Source: Acidothermaceae bacterium
GTDB lineage: Bacteria > Actinomycetota > Actinomycetes > Acidothermales > Acidothermaceae
NCBI GenBank assembly: GCA_036510735.1
Contig: DATCDK010000240.1
Coordinates: 3,113-67,112 of the forward strand
Direction of reading: 5' to 3'
Length of the DNA stretch: 64,000 nt
The notes beneath the pieces were generated by a model. That model searched no databases, was not told the DNA's origin, and was given only the letters and a program-made list of their open reading frames with translations. The translations under genes and the position numbers were made by a program. Position 1 is the stretch's first letter. Each line of letters starts with the position of its first letter. Shown piece by piece: positions 52,605 to 63,931 of the stretch.

Positions 52605-53594
52605 ATGCCTGCCGTGACCGCCCCGAACCCGCTGGCGCTCCCGCGGGTGCCGTTGACCGACCCCCAGCTCGACCGTGACCGGCCGGTGTTGTCGGTCACC
52701 ACCGCGCCGTCCGGCCTTGAGGGTGAAGGCTTCCCGGTTCGACGCGCGTTCCACGGCGTCGACCTGCGCGCCCTCGACCCGTTCATTCACATGGACCAGA
52801 TGGGTGAGGTCGAATACGCGCCGGGGGAGCCCAAGGGGACGCCGTGGCATCCGCATCGCGGCTTCGAGACCGTTACTTACATGATCGACGGGCTGTTCGA
52901 GCACCACGACTCCAACGGCGGCGGCGGTCTGATCACCAACGGCGACACGCAATGGATGACCGCGGGCGCTGGAATCTTGCACATCGAGACACCGCCTGAG
53001 CACCTCGTGGCAAGTGGCGGTCTCTTCCACGGCTTTCAGCTGTGGGTCAACCTGCCGAAGGCGATGAAGTTCGCGGCGCCGCGCTACCAGGACATCCGCG
53101 CGAGCGAGGTGTCACTACTTGCTTCGCCGGACGGCGGGGTGTTGCTGCGAGTGATTGCCGGAAACGTCGCGGGTCACCCAGGTCCTGGCGTCACGCACAC
53201 GCCGATCGCGTTGGTGCACGCGACGCTGTCGCCGGGAGCGTCACTGACGCTGCCGTGGCAGCCCGACTACAACGCGCTCGTCTACACCTTGGCCGGCCGC
53301 GGGTCGGTCGGCGCAGCCCGCCGTCCGATCTCAATGGGTCAGCTCGCGGTCTTTGGCGATGGCGACACCATCACCATCGCTGCCGATCAGACGCAGGAAA
53401 CCCGCAGCCCCACGATGGACGTCTTGATCCTCGGTGGCCAGCCGATCAGGGAGCCGGTCGCGATGTACGGCCCGTTCGTCATGAACACCAAGGCTGAGGT
53501 CATGCAGGCGTTCGAGGACTACCAGGCGGGTCGGCTCGGCAGCATTCCGGCAGCACACGCAGGCGTTCAGGGCTCAACGGAAGACGACGCCTGA
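52605..53594 (+). CDS. Pirin family protein
   Basis: ATG 52605 behind GAGGAGGA. Cupin metal motif WHPHRGFETVTYMIDG...HHDSNGG...QWMTAG. 329 aa. Confidence 0.85.
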   Translation: MPAVTAPNPLALPRVPLTDPQLDRDRPVLSVTTAPSGLEGEGFPVRRAFHGVDLRALDPFIHMDQMGEVEYAPGEPKGTPWHPHRGFETVTYMIDGLFEHHDSNGGGGLITNGDTQWMTAGAGILHIETPPEHLVASGGLFHGFQLWVNLPKAMKFAAPRYQDIRASEVSLLASPDGGVLLRVIAGNVAGHPGPGVTHTPIALVHATLSPGASLTLPWQPDYNALVYTLAGRGSVGAARRPISMGQLAVFGDGDTITIAADQTQETRSPTMDVLILGGQPIREPVAMYGPFVMNTKAEVMQAFEDYQAGRLGSIPAAHAGVQGSTEDDA

Positions 53595-54943
53595 GAGACC
53601 GAGAGGTCGATCACGACGCCGGGTTCTGGGGCGGCGACGCGCACGCAATCGCGTCCGGCTGCCTTCGCGACATAGAGCGCGGTGTCGGCTGCATCGAGCA
53701 GTCGGTGCAAGTCGCCGCCGGTCACCGAGAGTTCGCTGACGCCGACGGAGACCGTGACACTGATCCACTCGCCGCTGTCGGCGCGCACCCGAATGTCGCG
53801 AACCTGGGTGCGCAGCCGTTCGGCGGCACCTTCGGCATCGAGCAGGTTGAGTCCAGAGAGAACCGCGCCGAACTCCTCGCCGCCGAGCCGGCCGACGAGG
53901 TCGCGTGGCCGCAGGGCTTGCGCGATGGTGCGGGCGACGGCGGCCAACACCTCATCGCCCGCGAGGTGCCCGTGCTTGTCGTTGACGGACTTGAAGTGGT
54001 CGACGTCGATCATCAAGATCGCCAGATGGTCGTTGCTGGCCGCTGCTCGTTCGACTTCGCGGCCCGCGACCTCACGCCAGTACTGCGGGTTCGCGACATC
54101 GGTGAGTAGGTCGGTGCGGACAGCTTGCCGAAGCCCACTGAACAGCTGGTGCTCGAGCAACAGCACGGGCGGCAGTAACAGCACAGCGAGCATCGGTTCG
54201 GTGGCCCACAAGACAGCAGCCAAGGTGCCGAGGCAGGCTGCGACGGCGTCGACGACCAAGCCTTCGCGGTCTTGTAAGAAGCCGCGTAGCGCTGCTGGGC
54301 CCGCGGTCATGACGACGACGGCAGCGATCAGGAGCGCATTCACGGCCCAATAGGTCAAGACAGCGAGTGCCAACGAAACGGCGGCGATGCCGCCCCTGGT
54401 GAATTGACTCGCCGTCACGTTCGTGTCCATCGTCGCGTGCAGAACGAGCCGGTGGACCAGCGAGGCGCCACCATAGGCCAGCCCCAGGGCTGCGGTGTTG
54501 TACACGCACTTGAGTAGCTGTCCGCGCCACACCCGGGCGTAGACATAGGCCCGCAACAAGACCACGGTGACCATCACGTACGCGGGCGGCAGCAGCAGCG
54601 CGATCGGCAACAGCCAGACCGCCATGAGGTCCCTCGATACGCGGTCCTGCCGAGCCCGGGGCCAGGCGAAGCGCATCGATATCTCGGCACTGGCGACCGC
54701 CGCGAAGGCGAACGTGCCAGCAACAGCGAGCTGGTGATAGGCCGGAGCGTGCAGCGGAGCGCCTGCGAGCAGTCCCAAGATGGCCGTGGTAAGTGCCGTG
54801 AGGTATGCGGCGATGCCGGTGAGCACGACGATTCGGGCTGGCAAGGACAATTGCCAGATGCTCCACGCAGCCCAGCGTCTCTGGCGAGAAGCGCCTAAGA
54901 CCGTGTTGCGTGTCACTTCTGCGGGTCTCCCGCCCTTCCTCAT
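53567..54943 (-). CDS. Membrane-anchored diguanylate cyclase (GGDEF)
   Basis: About 270 aa multi-TM N-domain. DVDHFKSVNDKHGHLAGD and RLGGEEFGAVL with an RPRD I-site. Its 3' end overlaps pirin by 28 nt. Confidence 0.8.
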   Translation of the reverse strand: MRKGGRPAEVTRNTVLGASRQRRWAAWSIWQLSLPARIVVLTGIAAYLTALTTAILGLLAGAPLHAPAYHQLAVAGTFAFAAVASAEISMRFAWPRARQDRVSRDLMAVWLLPIALLLPPAYVMVTVVLLRAYVYARVWRGQLLKCVYNTAALGLAYGGASLVHRLVLHATMDTNVTASQFTRGGIAAVSLALAVLTYWAVNALLIAAVVVMTAGPAALRGFLQDREGLVVDAVAACLGTLAAVLWATEPMLAVLLLPPVLLLEHQLFSGLRQAVRTDLLTDVANPQYWREVAGREVERAAASNDHLAILMIDVDHFKSVNDKHGHLAGDEVLAAVARTIAQALRPRDLVGRLGGEEFGAVLSGLNLLDAEGAAERLRTQVRDIRVRADSGEWISVTVSVGVSELSVTGGDLHRLLDAADTALYVAKAAGRDCVRVAAPEPGVVIDLSVSQASSSVEP

Positions 54944-55182
54944 GTACCTCGTCGCATCACGCCCCGCAGGCGAGGATCGGGCGCCCTGCGCTGCGGACTT
55001 TACGGGGTCTGGTCCGCCGTGTCACCGCTGTCCGGGTTAAGAATCCGGACAGAATGAGGCCGATCGCTCACAAGTGATCTCGTTTGGCGGATCAAGGCTG
55101 ATCAACGGCGGTAGGGGCCGATTCGGCCGGCGGGTCGACAAGCACCCGCCTGGCACTCGCCCAGCACTTGCCCTGCGCTTGC

Positions 55183-55309
55183 GAGGGAGGTGATCAATCA
55201 TGCGCGATTGGACCTGGACGTAAAGAGACGAACAAGCTCAGGTACCCCGTCAGCGATTTCGCTGGCGAGTCTCGGGTGGCCGGATGGACCTGCCGTCGTC
55301 CGGCCACCC
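55183..55309 (+). promoter_or_regulatory. hutH leader: SD plus 7-codon mini-ORF (MRDWTWT) followed by an 11-bp GC hairpin
   Basis: GAGGGAGG at 55183-55190. ATG 55200 to TAA 55223. Hairpin GGGTGGCCGGA (55274-55284) / TCCGGCCACCC (55299-55309). The hutH ATG is at 55349. Regulatory role is speculative. Confidence 0.2.
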
Positions 55310-55348
55310 GAGAGCTCAATCCGCTGCGAGCGCGGCAGACTGTCCCCC

Positions 55349-56914
55349 ATGACGCAGACCCGCCCCATAACGACGGGCAGAGTGACCGTCGTCGCGGTTG
55401 GACAGCCGCTCGAGCCAGCCCAGGTGGTTGCCGTCGCCCGGGGTGGTGCTCGGGTCTCAGTGAGTGCTTCGGCGCTTGCCCGCGTTGCGGCGTCGCGAGC
55501 ACACGTCGAGGCGCTGGCGGAGTCTGGCGAGCCCGTGTACGGCGTTTCCACCGGATTCGGCGCGCTCGCCACCAGGCACATTGCACCTGACCTGCGCGCC
55601 CAGTTGCAGCGCTCGCTCGTTCGCTCGCATGCGGCCGGCAGTGGCGCAGAGGTCGAGCGCGAAGTTGTGCGGGCGATGATGCTGCTTCGGCTTGCGACGT
55701 TGGCGACCGGTCGCACCGGCGTCCGGCCGTTGATTGTCGAGGGGTACGCGGCGATGCTGAACGCCGGCGTCACTCCAGTGGTGTATGAGTTCGGCTCGCT
55801 TGGGTGTTCCGGTGACCTCGCGCCACTCGCGCATTGCGCGTTGGCGTTGATGGGCGAGGGTTCGGTGCGCGACGCCTCCGGCACGTTGATGCCCGCTGCT
55901 ACTGCCTTGCTTGCCGCTGGCATCGAGCCCGTGGTCTTGAGCGCGAAGGAAGGTCTCGCGCTGATCAATGGCACTGACGGCATGCTGGGCATGTTGCTGC
56001 TGGCGTGTCACGACTTGTCGATGTTGGCAAAGAGCGCGGACATTGCAGCGGCCATGAGCGTTGAGGCGATCCTGGGCACCGACGCGGTTTTCGCGGCCGA
56101 CCTGCAGGCACTGCGGCCACATCCCGGCCAGGCTGCATCGGCAGCAAACCTTCGTGCTTTGCTGGCCGGCTCGCCCATCGTTGAGTCGCATCGCATTGAC
56201 TGCACGCTGGTTCAGGACGCCTATTCACTGCGTTGCGCGCCGCAGGTTGCTGGGGCGTTTCGTGACACGCTCGCGCATGCGTTGACCGTCGCTGGCCGCG
56301 AGCTGGCGAGCGCGATCGACAACCCGGTCGTGCTGCCCGACGGCCGGGTCGAGTCGAACGGAAACTTTCACGGCGCACCACTCGGCTACGTGCTCGACTT
56401 TCTTGCTATCGCGGCTGCTGACCTCGCGTCGATGTCGGAGCGGCGCAGCGACCGGTTGCTCGATGTGGCCCGCTCGCACGGACTGCCGGCGTTCCTCGCC
56501 GTTGATCCGGGCGTCGACTCGGGGCACATGATCGCGCAGTACACGCAAGCCGCGATCGTCAGTGAGTTGAAGCGACTCGCGGTGCCGGCGAGCGTCGACT
56601 CGATCCCGTCGTCGGCGATGCAGGAGGATCACGTCTCGATGGGCTGGTCAGCCGGTCGTAAGTTGCTGCGCTCTGTCGACGGGTTGACTCGTGTGCTTGC
56701 GATCGAAATTCTCACCGCGGCAAGGGCGTTGGACTTGCGTGCACCGCTGCTGCCCGCGCCGGGAACGGCAGCGGTGGTTGGGGCCTTGCGTACCCGCGTT
56801 GCAGGGCCGGACGTCGACCGGTGGCTGTCTCCGGAGATCGAGGCCGCGGTCGAGTTGACCCGTGCAGGGGTATTCGTGGACGCCGCTGAGTCTGTGATCG
56901 GAGAGCTGTCTTGA
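55349..56914 (+). CDS. hutH: Histidine ammonia-lyase
   Basis: ATG 55349 (track: GTG 55190). [11 protein letters not shown]. The MIO-forming region is [14 protein letters not shown] (Cys-Ser-Gly). 521 aa. Confidence 0.9.
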   Translation: MTQTRPITTGRVTVVAVGQPLEPAQVVAVARGGARVSVSASALARVAASRAHVEALAESGEPVYGVSTGFGALATRHIAPDLRAQLQRSLVRSHAAGSGAEVEREVVRAMMLLRLATLATGRTGVRPLIVEGYAAMLNAGVTPVVYEFGSLGCSGDLAPLAHCALALMGEGSVRDASGTLMPAATALLAAGIEPVVLSAKEGLALINGTDGMLGMLLLACHDLSMLAKSADIAAAMSVEAILGTDAVFAADLQALRPHPGQAASAANLRALLAGSPIVESHRIDCTLVQDAYSLRCAPQVAGAFRDTLAHALTVAGRELASAIDNPVVLPDGRVESNGNFHGAPLGYVLDFLAIAAADLASMSERRSDRLLDVARSHGLPAFLAVDPGVDSGHMIAQYTQAAIVSELKRLAVPASVDSIPSSAMQEDHVSMGWSAGRKLLRSVDGLTRVLAIEILTAARALDLRAPLLPAPGTAAVVGALRTRVAGPDVDRWLSPEIEAAVELTRAGVFVDAAESVIGELS

Positions 56915-56927
56915 TAGGAACGCGGTC

Positions 56928-58637
56928 ATGAGCGGACCTCGCCCGGTGCAGGCGCCGCGCGGAACCACCCTGTCGTGTCTTGGCTGGCCGCAGGAAGCCG
57001 CGATGCGGATGCTGATGAACAACCTCGATCCTGCCGTCGCCGAACGTCCCGACGACCTCGTCGTCTATGGCGGTACCGGGAAGGCTGCGCGCGATTGGAA
57101 TTCGTTCGACGCGATCGTGCGTACGCTGCAGACCTTGAAGGACGACGAGACGATGCTCGTGCAGTCGGGTCGACCGGTCGGCGTGATGCGCACACATGAA
57201 TGGGCGCCGCGGGTTTTGATCGCCAACTCCAACCTGGTCGGTGATTGGGCGACGTGGCCGGAGTTCCGGCGGCTCGAGCACCTCGGGCTGACTATGTACG
57301 GGCAGATGACAGCGGGTTCGTGGATCTACATCGGCACGCAGGGAATCCTGCAAGGCACTTACGAGACCTTCGCCGCCGTTGCTGCGAAGAGGTTCGGGGG
57401 CACGCTGGCCGGGACGCTGACATTGACTGGCGGCTGCGGTGGGATGGGTGGTGCGCAACCACTCGCAGTCACGATGAACGGCGGCGCGGTCATCGTCGTC
57501 GACGTTGACCCGGGTCGGCTGGAGCGACGTGTTTCGCAGCGTTATCTCGACGAGTGGACCGCAGACATCGACGTTGCGCTGGAGCGCGCGTTGGCCGCGA
57601 AACGCGATGGGCGGGCGCTGTCGGTTGGGCTCGTCGGCAACTGTGCTTTTGTTTTTCCTGAGTTGCTGCGACGTGGGATACCGATCGACATCGTGACTGA
57701 CCAGACCTCGGCACATGACCCACTGTCGTACCTGCCCGAGGGCATCGACATCGCCGACTGGCATGACTACGCGGAAGCCAAGCCGGAGGAGTTCACCGAC
57801 CGCGCTCGCACGTCGATGGCCATGCAGGTCGAGGCAATGGTCGGCTTCATGGATGCCGGTGCCGAGGTCTTCGACTACGGCAACTCCATTCGCGGCGAGG
57901 CCCAGCTCGCCGGATATGAACGCGCGTTCGCGTTCCCCGGGTTCGTGCCGGCCTACATCAGGCCGCTCTTCTGTGAAGGCAAGGGACCGTTTCGGTGGGC
58001 CGCGCTGTCGGGCGACCCGGCCGACATCGCGGTCACGGATCGCGCGGTGCTTGAACTGTTCCCCGACAACGAGCCGCTCGAGCGGTGGATTCGATCGGCT
58101 CAGGAGAAGGTCGCTTTCCAGGGCTTGCCCGCGCGTATCTGCTGGCTCGGTTACGGAGAACGCCACCTCGCTGGCCTGCGCTTCAACGAGCTGGTAGCGC
58201 GGGGCGAGATCAGCGCGCCCATCGTGATCGGGCGCGACCATCTCGACGCAGGATCGGTTGCCTCGCCTTACCGCGAGACCGAAGCAATGGCCGACGGGTC
58301 CGACGCGATCGCCGACTGGCCACTTCTGAACGCGCTGGTCAATACGGCGTCGGGTGCGTCATGGGTATCGATCCATCATGGTGGCGGCGTCGGCATCGGT
58401 CGATCGATTCACGCGGGGCAAGTGAGTGTCGCCGACGGCACACCGTTGGCCGCACAGAAACTCGAACGAGTACTGACGAACGACCCGGGTATGGGCGTGA
58501 TCCGTCATGTCGACGCCGGGTACGAACTGGCGAACGAGGTTGCGGTGCAACGCGGGGTGCGGATTCCCATGCACGAGGGTTCAGTGCACGAGGGTTCCGT
58601 GCAGGAAGATCTAATGCACGAATCCGCACCCGAGTGA
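56928..58637 (+). CDS. hutU: Urocanate hydratase
   Basis: 569 aa with [39 protein letters not shown] and [13 protein letters not shown]. Confidence 0.9.
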   Translation: MSGPRPVQAPRGTTLSCLGWPQEAAMRMLMNNLDPAVAERPDDLVVYGGTGKAARDWNSFDAIVRTLQTLKDDETMLVQSGRPVGVMRTHEWAPRVLIANSNLVGDWATWPEFRRLEHLGLTMYGQMTAGSWIYIGTQGILQGTYETFAAVAAKRFGGTLAGTLTLTGGCGGMGGAQPLAVTMNGGAVIVVDVDPGRLERRVSQRYLDEWTADIDVALERALAAKRDGRALSVGLVGNCAFVFPELLRRGIPIDIVTDQTSAHDPLSYLPEGIDIADWHDYAEAKPEEFTDRARTSMAMQVEAMVGFMDAGAEVFDYGNSIRGEAQLAGYERAFAFPGFVPAYIRPLFCEGKGPFRWAALSGDPADIAVTDRAVLELFPDNEPLERWIRSAQEKVAFQGLPARICWLGYGERHLAGLRFNELVARGEISAPIVIGRDHLDAGSVASPYRETEAMADGSDAIADWPLLNALVNTASGASWVSIHHGGGVGIGRSIHAGQVSVADGTPLAAQKLERVLTNDPGMGVIRHVDAGYELANEVAVQRGVRIPMHEGSVHEGSVQEDLMHESAPE

Positions 58638-59944
58638 GCGTCCCTATCCCAGTGAATGCGGTGGCCGCCGACGTTGGTGACACGTTCGACCGGCTCTGGT
58701 CGGAGTTGCTGCCGATCGGTCGCTCGTCTTCAGGGGGCTACCGCAGATTCGCCTGGAACGACGCTGACCTTGCCGCTCGGTCGTGGTTCTCCTCTGCCGC
58801 CAGTGCACGGGGCCTTGATGTGCAGACCGATCGCAACGGCAATCTGTGGGCGTGGTGGTTGCCGACCGGTTGGTCGGGTGAGCCGCGGGACGCGTTTGTC
58901 AGCGGGTCGCACCTCGATTCGGTGCCGGACGGCGGTGCGTTCGATGGTCCGCTAGGAGTGGTCTCCGCGCTGTGCGCGATCGGCGTGCTTCGCAGTCGTG
59001 GAGTGCAGCCGTTGCGGCCGATAGCTGTTGTCGTATTCGCCGACGAGGAGGGCGCCCGCTTCGGAGTGGCATGCGCTGGGTCGCGGCTGGCGACGGGCGC
59101 GCTGGAACCTTCGGCGGCGCGGGGCCTTACCGATATCGACGGGGTGAGTCTCGACGACGCGATGCGTCGCGCTGGTGTTGACACCACGCAGCTAGGCCGC
59201 GACGACGAAACTCTGCGCAGGGTTGGCGTCTTCGTGGAGCTGCATATCGAGCAGGGCCAAGCACTGGTCGATCTCGACGCGCCGCTAGGGATCGGCACGA
59301 GTATCTGGCCACACGGGCGATGGCGCTTCTCCTTCGAGGGCGAGGCAAACCACGCTGGTACCACGCGAATGACCGACCGACGCGACCCGATGCTGCCGTT
59401 CGCCGCAGCAGTTATTGCAGCTCGCATACTCGCCACTAAGCAAGGTGGCGTCGCAACGTTCGGTCGCGTGCACGTCCAGCCGAACGGCACGAACGCGATC
59501 CCATCGTCGGTGACGGGGTGGCTCGACGCGCGCGGGCCAGACCAGGCGGTTGTGGACGCGATCGTCAGTGGGGTCTCGGCGAACGCGCACGCACGCGCGG
59601 CTGCCGAGCGGGTGGAGCTCGCCGTGACAGCTGAGTCGGTCTCGGCGGTCGTCGAGTTCTCAGCCGACGCGAATGCACGCTTACATCGGGTGCTCGACTC
59701 GGTGGCCGGTGTCGGTCCCGTGGTTGGTGTCGGTCGGGTACCGGACCTCGGGACGGGTGCCGGACACGATGCCGGTGTGCTGTCGTCCATGGTCCCCACG
59801 GCGATGCTCTTCGTGCGTAATCCGACCGGTGTCTCACACTCGCCGACAGAGTTCGCCGAACGTGCCGACTGCCTTGTAGGTGTCGAGGCGCTTGCGGCTG
59901 TGATGGCCGATTGGGTCAGCACTCCGCCGGTCGAGGCGAGCTGA
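58634..59944 (+). CDS. M20-family amidohydrolase (allantoate amidohydrolase / N-carbamoyl-amino-acid hydrolase-like); probable N-formylglutamate deformylase of this hut operon
   Basis: GTG 58634 with a GTGA overlap with hutU; the track ORF from 58085 is an out-of-frame extension. Motifs [29 protein letters not shown] and GEANHAGTT. Confidence 0.75.
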   Translation: MSVPIPVNAVAADVGDTFDRLWSELLPIGRSSSGGYRRFAWNDADLAARSWFSSAASARGLDVQTDRNGNLWAWWLPTGWSGEPRDAFVSGSHLDSVPDGGAFDGPLGVVSALCAIGVLRSRGVQPLRPIAVVVFADEEGARFGVACAGSRLATGALEPSAARGLTDIDGVSLDDAMRRAGVDTTQLGRDDETLRRVGVFVELHIEQGQALVDLDAPLGIGTSIWPHGRWRFSFEGEANHAGTTRMTDRRDPMLPFAAAVIAARILATKQGGVATFGRVHVQPNGTNAIPSSVTGWLDARGPDQAVVDAIVSGVSANAHARAAAERVELAVTAESVSAVVEFSADANARLHRVLDSVAGVGPVVGVGRVPDLGTGAGHDAGVLSSMVPTAMLFVRNPTGVSHSPTEFAERADCLVGVEALAAVMADWVSTPPVEAS

Positions 59945-59946
59945 CA

Positions 59947-61275
59947 ATGCCATCGTGGTGGTGTGAGAACGCATGGCTGCCTCCGGGTCGGGTAGCGCCT
60001 CGCGTTTTCGTCACCGTGACCGACGGCCGCATCATCGGTATCGAGGAAGGCGTCGACCCTCCGCCAACTGCGCAGCGATTGACCGGATTGGTGATTCCGG
60101 GTCTTGCGAATGTGCACTCGCACGCATTCCATCGCGCGCTACGTGGCCGAACGCAGGCGGGGCGCGGTGACTTCTGGACGTGGCGCGAACAGATGTACGC
60201 CGTGGCGAATCGGCTCGATCCGGAGAACTACTTGGCGCTCGCCCGGGCCACTTACGCCGAGATGGCGTTGGCCGGCATTACGTGCGTCGGCGAGTTCCAC
60301 TACGCGCACCATCAGCCTGGCGGCGTTCCGTACTCCGACCCAAACGCCATGGGCGCCGCGCTGATCGAAGCGGCGGCACAAGTCGGCGTCCGGTTGACGT
60401 TGCTTGATACCTGTTACTTGGCAGGCGGAGTAGGCGAACCGCTGTTGCCCGTACAAGAGCGCTTTAGTGACGGCGACGCCGCTGGATGGGCTGCTCGGGT
60501 GAGCTCGCTTCATGGCAGCGCACCACACGTGCGCATCGGCGCGGCGATCCACTCGGTGCGCGCGGTGCCAGCGGATCAACTTGGCGAGGTTGCTGACTGG
60601 GCGCGCGCACGCGCCGTCCCGCTTCATTTCCATTTATCTGAACAGCGTGCCGAAAATGACGCGTGCATCGAGCGGTATGGCGTCACTCCTACTCAGCTGC
60701 TCGCCGACTTGGGTGCGTTGGGTGCGGCAGCGACGGCCGTGCATGCAACGCATCTGACCGCCGACGACATTGCGTTACTTGCGTCGAGTTCGACAGGCGT
60801 ATGTCTGTGCCCGACGACCGAACGCGATCTCGCCGATGGAATCGGTCCGGCGGGTGCGTTGGCGGCAGCTGGTGTGGCGCTGTCGGTTGGTTCCGACGGG
60901 CAGTCAGTCATTGACCTGTTCGAGGAGGCTCGGGGGATCGAGCTTGATGAGCGGTCGGCTACTTACTCGCGCGGGACCTTCACGGCCGGCGCGCTGCTCG
61001 ATTCGATGACGGTCGCTGGGCATCGCGCATTGGGCTGGCCGGACGCCGGCCAACTGGCCGTTGGCGAGCGTGCTGACCTGGTAGCGGTTGATCTGGCGTC
61101 GCGACGTACTGCGGGCGGCGGGGCTACGGCAGAGTCGGTCGTCTTCGCTGCCACGGCGTCGGACGTAACAGACGTCGTCATCGACGGAAACGTTGTCGTG
61201 AAGGACCGTGAGCATGTTCGTCTGGGTGACATCGGTGCAGCGCTGCAGTCTGCGATCGATGCGGTGATTCGATGA
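59947..61275 (+). CDS. hutF: Formimidoylglutamate deiminase
   Basis: ATG 59947. [18 protein letters not shown] (HxH) and [10 protein letters not shown]. 442 aa. Lies between the M20 gene and hutI. Confidence 0.8.
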   Translation: MPSWWCENAWLPPGRVAPRVFVTVTDGRIIGIEEGVDPPPTAQRLTGLVIPGLANVHSHAFHRALRGRTQAGRGDFWTWREQMYAVANRLDPENYLALARATYAEMALAGITCVGEFHYAHHQPGGVPYSDPNAMGAALIEAAAQVGVRLTLLDTCYLAGGVGEPLLPVQERFSDGDAAGWAARVSSLHGSAPHVRIGAAIHSVRAVPADQLGEVADWARARAVPLHFHLSEQRAENDACIERYGVTPTQLLADLGALGAAATAVHATHLTADDIALLASSSTGVCLCPTTERDLADGIGPAGALAAAGVALSVGSDGQSVIDLFEEARGIELDERSATYSRGTFTAGALLDSMTVAGHRALGWPDAGQLAVGERADLVAVDLASRRTAGGGATAESVVFAATASDVTDVVIDGNVVVKDREHVRLGDIGAALQSAIDAVIR

Positions 61276-62435
61276 CAACAACGCTCGTCGACAACATCGG
61301 GTTACTCGTCACCAACGACCCAGGCGATGGTGATGGCTCGGCGCTTGGCATCGTGCGTGATGCCGCGATGGTTATCGAAGCCGATCGCGTGGTGTGGGTC
61401 GGCCGCCGGGCTCAGGCTCCCTCTGCGGATACACGTGTTGACCTAGATCGACAGACGGTGGTGCCGGGCTTCGTCGACAGCCATAGTCATCTGATCTTCG
61501 CCTCCGACCGCGCCGACGAGTTCGCCTCGCGAATGGCTGGAACCCCTTACGCCGCGGGCGGTATCGCGGCGACCTTGATTGCTACTCGTGAGGCGAGCGA
61601 TGAGACGCTCCGCTCCAACGCTTCGCGGCTGCTTGCCGAGATGGTTTCGTCCGGCACGACGACTGTCGAGATCAAGAGCGGATACGGACTCACGACGGAT
61701 GACGAGGTGCGCGGTCTCGCGATCGCGCAGTCGCTGACAGCTGAGTCAACGTTCCTGGGCGCCCACGTCGTACCAATCGAATACCAGGGCCGCCGCGACG
61801 ATTACGTGTCACTCGTCGCTGGTCCGATGCTCGATGCGTGCGCCCCTGGTACGCGGTGGGTCGACGTGTTCTGCGATCGGGGTGCGTTTTCCGTCGACGA
61901 GGCGCGGACGATTCTGCAGGCGGGGATTGCGGATGGACTGTTGCCGCGCCTGCACGCACATCAGTTGGAGAGAACGGGCGCGGTGCAACTCGGCGTCGAG
62001 CTTGATGCGGCTTCGGTTGACCACTGCAATTACATGAGCGAAGCGGACGTCGAAGCGCTCGCGGGATCTGCGACCGTCGCGACGGTGTTGCCGGGCGCCG
62101 ACTTTTCGACTCGCAGTGTGTATGCAGATGCGCGGCGAATGATCGATGCCGGTGTGGTGGTGGCTTTGGCGACGGATTGCAACCCCGGGTCTTCGTATAC
62201 GACGAGCATGCCGTTTTGCATTGCCGTCGCGGTTCGTGACATGCATCTGACGCCGGCCGAGGCGTTGTGGGCGGCGACCGCCGGTGGTGCACGCGCGTTG
62301 CGTCGCGACGACATCGGTGTTTTGTCTGTGGGTAAGCGAGCTGACTTCGCGGTGATTGCAGCGCCGTCCTACGTGCACCTCGCCTATCGACCAGGAGTAG
62401 CGCTCGTCACCGCAACGTGGAAGTCCGGTACTTAG
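61272..62435 (+). CDS. hutI: Imidazolonepropionase
   Basis: ATGA overlap with hut[33 protein letters not shown] and ATDCNPGSS. 387 aa. Confidence 0.9.
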   Translation: MTTTLVDNIGLLVTNDPGDGDGSALGIVRDAAMVIEADRVVWVGRRAQAPSADTRVDLDRQTVVPGFVDSHSHLIFASDRADEFASRMAGTPYAAGGIAATLIATREASDETLRSNASRLLAEMVSSGTTTVEIKSGYGLTTDDEVRGLAIAQSLTAESTFLGAHVVPIEYQGRRDDYVSLVAGPMLDACAPGTRWVDVFCDRGAFSVDEARTILQAGIADGLLPRLHAHQLERTGAVQLGVELDAASVDHCNYMSEADVEALAGSATVATVLPGADFSTRSVYADARRMIDAGVVVALATDCNPGSSYTTSMPFCIAVAVRDMHLTPAEALWAATAGGARALRRDDIGVLSVGKRADFAVIAAPSYVHLAYRPGVALVTATWKSGT

Positions 62436-62555
62436 CTCGCATACACGCACGGATCGCTTCATTCGTGTTGTGCACAGGCTTGCGAGTTCGTGCACAGATT
62501 CGAGGGTGTCTGCGGGTTGGCGGAAAGTGTCGGTGGTCACGGATAGCTTCGTTGC

Positions 62556-63920
62556 ATGTTGATCGCCGAGGCCGATGTCGATGAGTATGTCGATGTCTGC
62601 GACCGCGCGACTGCGGCGTCGTTGTTGCCCGATGCTGGCCCTGGGTGGTCGAACGAGGATCTGCTGGCGTTCGAGCCGGGCCGCGTGATGGTCGGATATT
62701 TGTCGTTGCTCGATGTGGACGGCCTTGATGAAGAATCCGCATCAGTAGCGTTGGAGTTGCTGGAACGCCAGCAGGCATGGCTGGCGGAGTTGGTGGTGCG
62801 GGTGACTGCGCGGGTCGCTGGCCCGACGCCGCCGCCACCTGATCCTGATGAGTTCGATCCGGTGGGTTGCGAGCCGGTCGACGTCGGGGTGAATCTGGTG
62901 GCGGCGACGTTGGGGATGACCAGCGGTGGCGCCCAGTCCCGGGTCGATGCGGCTCGGGCGATCACCGAGACGCTGCCGAAGTGTCAACTGGCGATGGCAG
63001 CCGGGTTGATGGGGTATTGGCACGCGCGGGTCGTCGCCCAAGCCGTGCGCGAAGCCGGTCTTGACCGGGCCGGAATCGCCGCAGTGGATGCCCGGGTCGC
63101 CTCCCGGATCAAGGGGCAGAGTTGGGCGGCGTTTCGCCGTACGCTGCGCCGCGCGGTGTTGGCGGCGAACCCTGATGTGGTGTTGGCGGAGCACACGGAG
63201 GCGATGCGGCACCGCCGGGTGGACAAGTTCGACCTGCTGGATGCCGTGATGAGCGAGTTCCGGGTGACCATGTCGTCCATTGACGCCCAAACGGTGTGGC
63301 TGGGGCTGGACGCGACCGCGCTGCAGTTGCAGGCCGCCGCCAAAGCGGCCGGGCTGCCCGATGAGGGGATCGACGCGTACCGCTCTGATGCGCTCGTCGT
63401 GTGGGCGAACAGTGCGCTGGCTGATCCGAACGCACCGCGCCGGCAGGGCCGCCGTCAACAAGTGCAGTTCGTCACCGACCTGCCGTCCCTGCTCGGGCTG
63501 GCCGATAACCCCGCCGACCTGCTCGGCTACGGCCCGCTCCCATCTGCGCTGGTGCGCGACCGGGCCGCCGACGCGGACTGGCGGCGCCTGATTGTCGAGC
63601 CGGTGACCGGCCTGCTACTCGACTACGGCACCGTCATTTATCGGCCACCGGCGGAACTGAAGGACTACCTGATGGCCCGCGACCGTCGCTGCCGCTTCCC
63701 CGGCTGCAACACTCGCGCCACCGTCTGCGACATCGACCACAACATCCCCGCCCCACGCGGTGATACGTCCGCGAAGAACTGCTGCTGTTTGTGTCGGCGA
63801 CACCACCGGCTCAAAACCTTCGGCGGCTGGACCGTGGAACTCAAACCCGACGGCAGCTGCCTGTGGACATCACCAGGCAGACGCGAGTTCGTCTCCGACC
63901 CACCACGCCAACTCGACTGA
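62556..63920 (+). CDS. HNH endonuclease with DUF222 N-terminal domain (REP13E12-like family)
   Basis: 454 aa. C-terminal RDRRCRFPGCNTRATVCDIDHNIPAPRGDTSAKNCCCLCRRHHRLKTFGGW is the HNH motif. The N-terminal region is typical of actinobacterial DUF222 proteins. Confidence 0.8.
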   Translation: MLIAEADVDEYVDVCDRATAASLLPDAGPGWSNEDLLAFEPGRVMVGYLSLLDVDGLDEESASVALELLERQQAWLAELVVRVTARVAGPTPPPPDPDEFDPVGCEPVDVGVNLVAATLGMTSGGAQSRVDAARAITETLPKCQLAMAAGLMGYWHARVVAQAVREAGLDRAGIAAVDARVASRIKGQSWAAFRRTLRRAVLAANPDVVLAEHTEAMRHRRVDKFDLLDAVMSEFRVTMSSIDAQTVWLGLDATALQLQAAAKAAGLPDEGIDAYRSDALVVWANSALADPNAPRRQGRRQQVQFVTDLPSLLGLADNPADLLGYGPLPSALVRDRAADADWRRLIVEPVTGLLLDYGTVIYRPPAELKDYLMARDRRCRFPGCNTRATVCDIDHNIPAPRGDTSAKNCCCLCRRHHRLKTFGGWTVELKPDGSCLWTSPGRREFVSDPPRQLD

Positions 63921-63931
63921 AGTCGTCGGGA

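Noticed and set aside
55805-55813. HutH MIO tripeptide reads Cys-Ser-Gly instead of the textbook Ala-Ser-Gly
   Set aside because: As far as I recall, the first residue of the tripeptide varies among ammonia-lyases and aminomutases, and the Ser-Gly core plus the flanking GDLAPL are intact. On its own this is not evidence of a novel activity.
58085-58633. N-terminal 183-codon extension of the M20 amidohydrolase ORF
   Set aside because: It overlaps hutU out of frame and is Arg-rich. GTG 58634 overlaps the hutU stop (GTGA), and homology-like sequence starts there.
56712-60132. 509-aa and 464-aa minus-strand ORFs (56712-58241 and 58738-60132) antisense to hutU, the M20 gene and hutF
   Set aside because: Low-complexity Arg/Ser/Pro-rich translations opposite strongly recognisable hut genes.
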